The position numbers and the translations under genes are program-made. A stretch of 55,785 nt of DNA, counting the filler, from Sphacelaria rigidula (Eukaryota): NCBI GenBank assembly GCA_964200075.2. It is 5 parts of 5 records of this genome, joined end to end, with 100 filler letters (N's around TTAATTAATTAA, not from the genome) between each part and the next. Parts side by side here need not be neighbours in the genome. Positions count along the whole stretch, not along the records: positions 44,711 to 55,785 come from CAXNAA020005424.1; 4 more parts are not named here. The stretch is one strand, 5' to 3'. Position 1 is the first letter of the stretch; each line of letters starts with the position of its first letter. The notes under the pieces are model-generated. The model was not told the DNA's origin. It was given only the letters and a program-made list of their open reading frames with translations, and made no database searches. Positions 46,841-55,785 of the stretch are shown here, piece by piece.

Positions 46841-49800
46841 ATGCTACATGAACGGGCAGAAGCAGGCGGTGCCGAGACGAAGAAGCAAGCGAAACCTTCC
46901 GTTCGTCAGCCCAGTTCTCGAACTAATACAGCAGCTTCGGCGGCAGCAATAATCACTGTAGCTGGAGCTTTATCTATTGCAGATGCATTTTCCGTTCCCC
47001 TTCTCTGGCAGCCGCCACCCCCTCCCGCAGATCACCACGCCGCCTCCACCGCATTCAGGGATAGTAGGGGGGATCCTGTCCTAGGCCGCAAAGCAACGAG
47101 CAACGGCGGCAGTAGCCGGAGTGGATCATCTTTGCTTCCCCCACACGAACGACCTGCATCGTCGCCATCGTTATTGTCTTCTCGTTATTCTTCTCTTTCC
47201 GCTAGTGCTCGTCCATCCTCTCGCTGGCAGCCAAGGAGAGTTGTACCTCCGGGCTACCACCAAAAAGAGCTCGCCGCTGCCGCCGCCGAAATCAGCGCAT
47301 GCAGTAGCAATGCTTCTGCGTCCGCCCGCAAGGACAGCAAGAGTTGCAAAGATGATAGAACAGCGACGGTGATCTCGCCATGTTTACCGCTCGACGGAGT
47401 TGGGATTGCGACAGGCCATAATGCGACCGGAAGGGAAGAGAAGGTACCAAAATGGCAAAACAGCAAGCAGCAGCGACCGCGGGAGAAGGCAGAGACCGTC
47501 ACCGCCTCGTCTGCCGCACGAAGCGCTCAAGGAAAACTGTTGGATCCCTCTACAGCGATACCGAACACGGCAAAGGGCGAGTTGAGCATAGACCCAAATG
47601 GCGGCAACGGTTGCTGTAATCGTAGCACAAACAGTGGTACTGGTCCCGAGCGACAGCCACAAGACAGTCTTTCAGGCAGCGGCGATGACGACGATCTGAG
47701 ACATGGTAGCGGGCGGCAACATCAACATCAATGGTGGCGAGAAAGTTCGCCGGCGAGTGAAGAGTACGAGTTTTTTTCCGAAGAAGACAGCCGAGTTGAC
47801 GGCGGTAATCTTAGTAGGAACGACAGCGACGACAAAGGGGGTCACGACTGGGGTGCAGTCGGCAGAACGAGCAGTATTGTCGGCATCAGACGCACGGGTC
47901 TGACGGACAATGACGCCCGCATGTTTTTGCTGGAAAGGGGCCTTTCGCAGAGCGAACTACGTCGAGTTTTATCAGTGATGAGGAGGGACCCCGAGGTCAT
48001 TTCTAATGTCGACATTCTCGCCACGAGAATGCAGGTAGATCTCTAGGTGGTGGGTTGTGAGTTGTGGTAGAAAGATATTTGTTGGAGATGGTGTATGAAT
48101 CGGGACTGGGGGAAGGTGAAGATTGGTTGTGGGAACAGAGCGAATCATAGAGTCGCCCTGGACAGGGGAGGGGGTGAGGGGTTATTTAACTCCAAATATT
48201 CCCCGGTTATTTGGGCAGTGGTTGTTGTCGCCCCTCTTTAGCGAACACTACTGCTCTCACCCCCCCGTGTCGCGGGTATTGTAGTAGGCCGGAACACCAA
48301 GGCACCAGAAACCTGGGAAATCCCAAGCAACACGCGCGCGAACATAAAAATCGTCTCTTGGCAATGTTTCGGTAACGTCCCATCCGGGCATGTCAATATT
48401 CAACTCGTGTGTTATAATAGACGCTTACACCTGTTCGTTGTGAATGATATTATCAGTAGTAGAGTAGGTATGCTGGGTTGAGCATCCTGCAAGCAGATGT
48501 ATATTTATCTGTGCTACGCGCCCCCCCCTACCCCAACAACGCCATTCTGAAAAATCACGCGCACTCGCACAGGCCCTTGCGGGAATATTGGAGGGAGTGT
48601 CGACGAGAATGTCGTGGCATACCTTGCCCAACGAAACCACGAGCGCCGAAGGAAACTCAGCAGAGCCGGAGGACACGGCGGCGGCGGCGGCGGTGTTGGT
48701 GTGGAACCCTGACAACGACGTCACCGTCGACAAAAGCAGAACAACTGTGCATTCTCGGGTACTGTCCGATGCGACCGTTGGAGGTCGCATGGATAGCAAT
48801 ACCATCAAACGGCACACGAGGACGGCGGCGGTGGCACGGGAAGAGGAGGAAGACCGGGGACGGGAGGGGGTTGTGAACATGTTGTTGGGGGGGGGTGTGG
48901 ACCGTGGTGGTATTCGCGGCGAAGGGTACGCGAGGGATGAAGTGGAACGTGTGCAGAATGGGTCTCGGATACTGGCATACCAGGCATGGAATTGAAGTAC
49001 AGGGAAAGGGAGGCAGAGCGGAGGCGATACATATGACTTTACGTTTGAACTGTTAGGCGTACTTTCACCCTCCCAGAATTTGACCAGCCACGCACGAAAA
49101 CCGTGATCGACAGAAAAGTCGAAGAAAAGTTAACTTCATTGCGATTTTTGTCTCTTGGTAACAACGCAGATGGTCGCACGCGAGCCGCGGCTCCTACTGC
49201 TCCTAAAGGACGCAACCACAGTGGCGAGCCGTGTCCACTCTCTCCTCGATCTCTTTCCATACCTCGGTCGCGGGGATTCCGCTCGGCTTCGCAAGGCCGC
49301 CTGCTTGCTGCTGCAGCCACGCGACATGATCGAGGGAAAGATGGTCGACATTGCGAAGTTGCTGCCGCGGGAGGTTGATGTTCGGGCAAGTTTTGATTGC
49401 ATTGTCGATCACCCGTCGTTATTGTTCTCGTCCTCGCTTTTTTTTGTGCGTGCCTTGGTGTGTTGGCTGAGCCTCAGCAGGTGAGAATAATCGCGTTGGG
49501 ACTAATATTGGTGTTGTGGCTTTTTCGGTGTCTGGTAAGGTTGATGTTGGTGGTGCTCGTCGTCGTCGTGCTCGCTTGTGTAATAGCCTGCCTGACCATA
49601 ATCTGGGGGGAGGGCTTCACCTGGACCGCCTCACTCTTTGCAGGTGATCAGCCCGACCTCCAACGTCTTCCCTCCATCACCACACGTACCACCTCCTCCT
49701 CGATTGTATGCGGACTAGTTGCATCCGCTGTGAACACATCGAAGCTCGCTTGCTGAGGTTACGTTTCTTTCTGCTGCCTCCAAAACTGCAGGATGTCCTC

Positions 49801-52800
49801 TGCAAAGTGCCTTCTCTCTTGCGCCACAGCGAGTTTGATATCGCTCTTTCCCTCAGGGCAGTGGAGACACTCATCCCCGGTGTAAGGTGAGATTTTGAAG
49901 CAGGGGAATCGGGGCGGAGGATAGGGGGGCGGAGCGGAGTACGTGCGAAGTGCGGTGTGCTCAGAGATCTACAGTTTTCGATTGTGGGCGGGATGACTAA
50001 AAAAACAATATATACTTGAAGAAAGAGCACAAGCGGGGGATAAGCGCTGATTACACATGTTGTCTCAACACGTGTAGCGTGTGCTGGAGATATGGTCTCT
50101 AGGCACACGTATCTCTCTGGTAAACCGTGGCCAGCACGATTGTCGTCGTCGTGTTTTCTTATGACGTTGTCTTCGATTATTTGCGCATTCTTGCTTTGGA
50201 TACGCCTTACACATGAACTCACTTGTTGATATTTACAATCGCCTCCCCCCTCCCCTTCCCTTTCGTTGGCTTCCCACCCGCTTGCTCTATGTCGCTTCCT
50301 TCGTTTCTCTATCTCATAGGGTCGACCGGCTACTGCGCTCCTCCCCGCAGCTGCTGGTCCAGCCTGCAATGATGGTGCAGCGTCGTCTGACCGCTTTGAG
50401 AGCGGTGCTAAACCTGCCTCTCACCCCCCAGGAAGAAAAGGTGCAGGGCATAGGTTGGCTGTTTCGCAACACCTCCGTTGTACTTCGCATGCAACGACCA
50501 GAACACCATCCCACCACAGAAGGTCTTTTCATTCTTACTTCTACAGAAGCATGTTGTCATCGAGATATTGGCGAATGCGATGGATCTTCTGCGCCCATAT
50601 TATCACGAAGTGATTGATGATATTGGAACATTTCCTTTTTCTCAGACAAGTTTTCGACAGAAAAAAAGTACCACACAGGTGGAAATGACCGAAACCAGCG
50701 TGTATGTACGGACGCGAGGGATACGAGGTGCCCAATTTGACTTTAGGATAACCTGGAGTAAGCTGAAATTGAAGGTTTGAAACGTATCCTTTTCTCGCAT
50801 TTTGCTCGCCTAGAAAAAAATCGAGCCATCTTTAGTTGGAACGACACACTCACACACAGAAAGAGAGACACACACACACTCCCGATAGTGGAGCCATCAA
50901 CCGCAAACTCGCGTTGACTAGGACCGGTTGTGCTTGTACTGGTTCAGCCCTGCATCAACTCGTACTGAGGTGCTGCATCTCTATTGTTGTGTCGCGGCCA
51001 AGATTTTGCGGCTGACATGATTCCAAGGGTCGGAAGAATAATGATTCGTCTGAAAATTACTTGGTCTTAGTATGATGATTCGACTCGTGACGAATCAATC
51101 CCTAGAGTAGTGGGCGGTCCAACTATTCATTTTGAGGCATTTTGTGATTTCTTCATAATTCGCGGTTTTCTTGGGCTCTTTTAGTTTGCCACCGCTTGTC
51201 ACATCGGGGATCTAAAGGTTTTAGTATCCGCTCCACATTCCAAGAAAAAAAATCATCTGTACTCAATATTGAGTGACTCACGGGCTGACCGGTCATCGGA
51301 GGTCCTGCGACGTTGCAGCCCAGATTCTTACTTTTCGGTATTTTCGGTCGACCGAGCCCGTCCCGATCATATTTCTAAAAAAACGTACAGTTTTATTTTT
51401 TTGAGATTCTGCCTCCTCATTGCACTAGAGCTGAAAAACTGTGTTTCACGGTCAATAACACCCTCCTGATGAACGGGGTATTTACTCGTTTCGCCCGATA
51501 ACACTATCTAGCACTGACTTGGGCACTGTATTTCGAGGATGATCTGTTTATTGTACCAAAACCTACCGACGCTAGCAATTTCGAGTTATATCCAAGAGTA
51601 GTACGCGAGGAATACCCCAAAACCCCGCTGAATAGTTAGACCTCCCACTACTGAAGGCTTTATTTCAGCGTTGCAACCCAGGTACACGCAGTCTAGACAC
51701 GTGAAATGGCGCAAAAGTTGCGTGGGTACCCCTTGGACCAGCGATCAACTTTTTTCTACCTTTTGGGCAATCAGACCAAAGAAACCGTGAATTTGGTGAT
51801 TTTGAGTCGTGATGGTTTGTCCTAACCATGCATGATTTGTTATTTGGGGTCGGGTGGGATAAGCGGGAGGAACACGCACTCACATGCTGTTTTTGATGAA
51901 CGCATAACACGCACAGAAATACACAGGTCTCGTCTAATAGCTCCAAGGCTCGCCCTTTCCCAGTTGCCAACGCTAGCCCTGATCTGGCGACAGTCCGTTC
52001 GGTATTTCGGGAGCTACGACTACGGTTTGCGTGTGCTACTGGGGCAGTGCAAGCTGCTGCTATTTGACCGACTGCACCAGCTATATCGTGTACCGTGTGT
52101 ACTCTCTGGGTTTACTGAAATTCTCTCAGACGACAGCTGATTATCATGATCTCGTGCGCTGCTGCGGTGGGTACAAAGACGTTCGAGCTAGCCCCTCGGA
52201 GTCTCGTTTGAGAGCAAGAGCTGGGCTTGTTGCTAGCAGTGATGAACCCTTAAGGCTGTAGTGTAGTAGAGACAGTGCTCGTTGCGTGCGAGTGCTTCTA
52301 GGGAGTGCTGTGCCCGCAGATATATCCATATCGCGTCGACACCCGTGTCTCGTCTGCACTGACGGGCTGGGCATGTTTTGTCCCCCTGAGTTCAGTTCTT
52401 GGCTTCATCCTGCAGCAATCCAGATCGCATGGCGGTTTTATTGTACTCCAAAAGGTCTTGAACTCAAATGCCCATTTACTAGACATTTTGTCCTTGGGTT
52501 TCCTCGCCCACACCCCACTGGATGAGAAGCAGGAAGGGCCATCTTCCCCGTGTCCCGTGCTGGATTTTTAGGTCTGGTCTCTGTCAGGATCCAGCCTCCG
52601 AAATCTGATTTTTCTTGGTCAAGGTGTCTATCTTGTGGATGATGACCACGATTGGGTACCTAGGGGATCAGTTGATGTGCGACAATCGAGAACTGAGTGT
52701 CTCATGACCACTCTTACATACATGTACATATATATATACATATACATTCTTTTGTCGCACTATAATAATAATAATCATAATAATCATGATCATAATCATT

Positions 52801-55311
52801 GCAGTTTGCAGTTTGCAGTTTGCAGTTTGCCCTGTAGGACTGCAACGGCGGTGGTGAGTCAACTTTTATGTTTTGGAAGGGCGTGCAGGTGGGGGGGTGT
52901 ACTCATGATCATGCATGCCATAGTCATCAGACCATTGAGATTGAAGGCGCGCGGGTGGGAGGGGGGGAGGCTCGGTATATTTTTCTTTCTGGTGGCGTGT
53001 TTGTTGTAAGTATATCCTAGCCGTTTGCTTTTTCCTAACCAAAAATGCGCGTGCAATGACGAGGTTATTTGCTCTCAAGCCCATCGTCTACCCTCGCCCT
53101 TCAGTGGGTGTTCTCAGAGATTGCCCCATGTAATGGTGCAAAATTGAGTCGAGATGTTTGACCCCACGCCCCCTACCCGCCTCCCTGGTTGTATCTCTTG
53201 CCTGTGTCTTGTCTCACCAACTCTGCCGCGACACTATTGATTCAAGGGCGGTGAGAAAACTCGCTCTTCTGGTGGGCGCGAGCGAAACAGTGGCAAGAGC
53301 GCTAGGACGCTTGCACGATTCGCCAATGCCTTTCCCCAGATTCTCGACATGAACCCTCGCTCGGTAAGATACACCGGCAGGGAATACATACCGGGTACAG
53401 TACGGAGAACATCCTATCCACCGAGACGATTGAATGTAGAGAAAAAAAAACGCACACATGCATTTTTTTAATACTGTAGACCCAGCTCGCCATTAAAAAT
53501 CGTTGAGTTGATGAAAGGAACGCGTTCTTCTTCTTTTCACTGTTGTTGTCATGATCCATGTTTGTTGTTGTTGTTGTTGTTGTTGTTAACCCTTTTGGAA
53601 CCCATTGATGATTTTTGTTTTTGTGAATCGGCATCATTTTGACTTGAAAATGAATGAAAATGATGCCGATTCACGAAAACAAAAATCGTCAATGGGTTCC
53701 AAAAGGGCTAATGTTGTTCCTGTCAAGGGAGTAGGCCTCAAGAGACGTGGCCCGCTTCAAGGCCGCACGCGAATTCCAAAGAAAACAGCAAGAAACAGCA
53801 CTGTGTAGCATGTCCATGGTAAGGAAACACTGAGCCTTGGACCATTGTAAGGTTTTTTAGAAGCGGACCGGAACTGTATGAACAATGATTCTGCCCCCTC
53901 CTCGCCATGGGCGGGATTGCATACGAGCGAATATGACGCGCAATCCCCTTTCACACAACACAGCGCCTTATGGCGCATCCCCTCGGAGGACAAGGGGAGA
54001 CTGGTAACGATCCGGGGCCTAAAAGCCATTTCGTGGAGGATGGTGTTCATGAGGTCACAGTACCTTTTTAGTTTGTATACAGTATATAGTGCTTTACCTG
54101 CCGTGATTAGTGTTCACGTCTACTCCCTGGTGAGTCAGTAACTGGGCGCCCCTGCCTAATAGTGCGGCCTCCAGACAACTTTATCACATCCTGCTATGGT
54201 GGGTTTGCTGTTTGCATGACCTTCGGCACGAAGCCCTTGAATGGTCTGTCAGCGGCTTTTTCGGGATCGGTTCTATAGTTCTTAACTTGGTGTCCTCACT
54301 ATATCAGTTCGTCCTGCTTGATTTTCGTTCTCTCTTATTTTTCTTCATTTTTGCCGCTCCTCTCGAATTACTTCTGGCGTGTGTTTCCTTATATTCCCCT
54401 TGGATATACTCAATTTTCGGGATCGGTTCTATAGTTCCTAACTTGGTGTCCAAAATATATGTCAGTTTGTTATGTGTGCATGCTTTTTTTCTCTGTTTTT
54501 TCTTCATTTTGCCCCGCCTCTCGACTTACTTTTAGGGGGTGTTATCGTGTATTCCCTTTGGGGCAGATTCATTCTGTGAGCACGGCTAGCCTCTTGCGTC
54601 AGCGAATCACTGTATGTGCGACAATTAATCAACGCATCCATCAGCACGGCGCATCCCCACCCCTCTCGCCCGTGCCGTATTGTCCCCCTTTCTATATCCG
54701 CCCTCTTTGCCCTGCATATCTCGCGATTTGGTTGGTACCATTTTGGTATCCATTGTTCAGGTACGAGACAAGATCGCCGACTACGAGTCGTTACTACCGG
54801 AGTTGAGCGGTCTTGCTCTAGTGACCTCAGAGCCGCGCCTGCTGGGTTTTGATGTGATGGGAAACATCTACACTAAGGTAACGATTCGGTGTCGGCAGTC
54901 ACTACTTATGAGCGGGTAGAGCACGCACTGTATGTAGTCTATACATGCCGTTGCTAAGGGAACTATTCTCCTAGTCTTGCAGCATGTCTCTTTTTGTCCA
55001 TGGACCCACTGCTTATCATTTATCGTAGCACGGCAGACACTGTTTCTATTATTCACGGCGTTCCTCCTATTGGAATGACCGCTCGATCCCTTTTTCTGAC
55101 AGAGCTCTTGCTAAATAAACCTCGGTTGCTACACCCGCTCCGGTGGCCATGGTCAGATGTACAAGTTGAGGGCTCTGTTGGAGCCGAAGACGGATGGCGA
55201 TCTGGCCACAGCCATCAGTCGTTGCCCGTCCCTGCTGGCCATGAGTTCTGTGACCCTCCGAGCGAAGCTGGGGAAGCTGCAGGATGCGTTGCCGTCCGGC
55301 CTGGATGCAAG
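46841..55311 (+). CDS. Plastid-targeted mTERF-like repeat protein, 3' end incomplete (exons 46841-48034, 48573-48983, 49170-49385, 49792-49886, 50320-50440, possibly 51927-52024, 53247-53363, 54761-54877, 55157-55311)
   Basis: Recurring mTERF-like helical motifs: MVAREPRLL, VLCKVPSLL, LLRSSPQLL, FANAFPQIL, LVTSEPRLL, AISRCPSLL. Hydrophobic N-terminal signal ending ADA-FSVP (ASAFAP-like). Phases are consistent except between 50440 and 53247, which is unresolved. Confidence 0.75.
54257..54560. repeat. Tandem duplication, 2 units with a 156-bp period
   Basis: tcgggatcggttctatagtt..taacttggtgtcc starts at 54261 and 54417. Confidence 0.9.
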
Positions 55312-55785
55312 GTGTTGTGCGTGGTATCTGGCACGTCGACTGATCTTTTTAGCCGTGCTTTGCTGTGCTGTGCTCGCGATGTGTTGCATTTCTTGCTATG
55401 GACGGTGCTGCAACTGCGGTGATGCTTGGTACGCCACGGCATGTGCTTCAGTTGTAGTAGCCATCTGTGCTGACACACGGCGGCACATTGCCCACGACGC
55501 GGTAAGTTAAGACGGCGAGATGGCAATGCCCTCCGCGGCTTTGGACACGACAAATCTGTGCTAGATAGATGACAAATAGGAGGGATGTTGCCCCTCTTTT
55601 TCTCCCGCTGTGGGTGATGTCCAGTGCACATGGAGTGCCGCACCACGCGGCCTGCGCATCTGTGTGCTCGTCTGTGAGTATCGTGTCTCTGAGTTCGAAT
55701 GCGCATATATGTTTTTTTTTTTTTTCTCACACTTTGAACCCCTCCCCTTCCTCGGGATGAGTCCGTTTTTTCAAGGGATCACCCC

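Noticed and set aside
51466..51500. Hammerhead ribozyme core (CTGATGA + stem)
   Set aside because: The stem is followed by TTCG rather than GAAA, and neither strand gives the required order. The CTGATGA at ~22368 also lacks GAAA.
11503..55311. Functional gene cluster (reductase, cystinosin, cyclase, mTERF)
   Set aside because: The genes lie on separate, artificially joined contigs.

Overview
Eukaryotic, intron- and repeat-rich DNA, most consistent with a brown alga or related photosynthetic stramenopile. This is inferred from short exons in kb-long introns, TTAGGG-type repeats and an ASAFAP-like plastid-targeting motif. The window is not one locus. It is five unlinked contigs of 11079, 11078, 11077, 11076 and 11075 bp, joined by 100-nt N spacers carrying a TTAATTAATTAA linker. 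Contig 1: decayed Copia and Gypsy LTR retrotransposons, a foldback element with a (TTAGGG)5 core, and three copies of a MITE containing telomere-like repeats. Contig 2: exons of a ferric reductase/NOX-family gene (-), exon candidates of unknown genes (+) and tandem repeats. Contig 3: 3' half of a cystinosin-like PQ-loop transporter (-), a SINE, a DNA element with an 8-bp TSD and a Copia RT fragment. Contig 4: seven exons of a membrane class III nucleotidyl cyclase (-) whose domain lacks the Asn/Arg catalytic pair, with several MITEs in its introns. Contig 5: a plastid-targeted mTERF-like gene (+) and an intronless Josephin-like protease fragment. All calls come from reading the sequence by eye; no searches were run.
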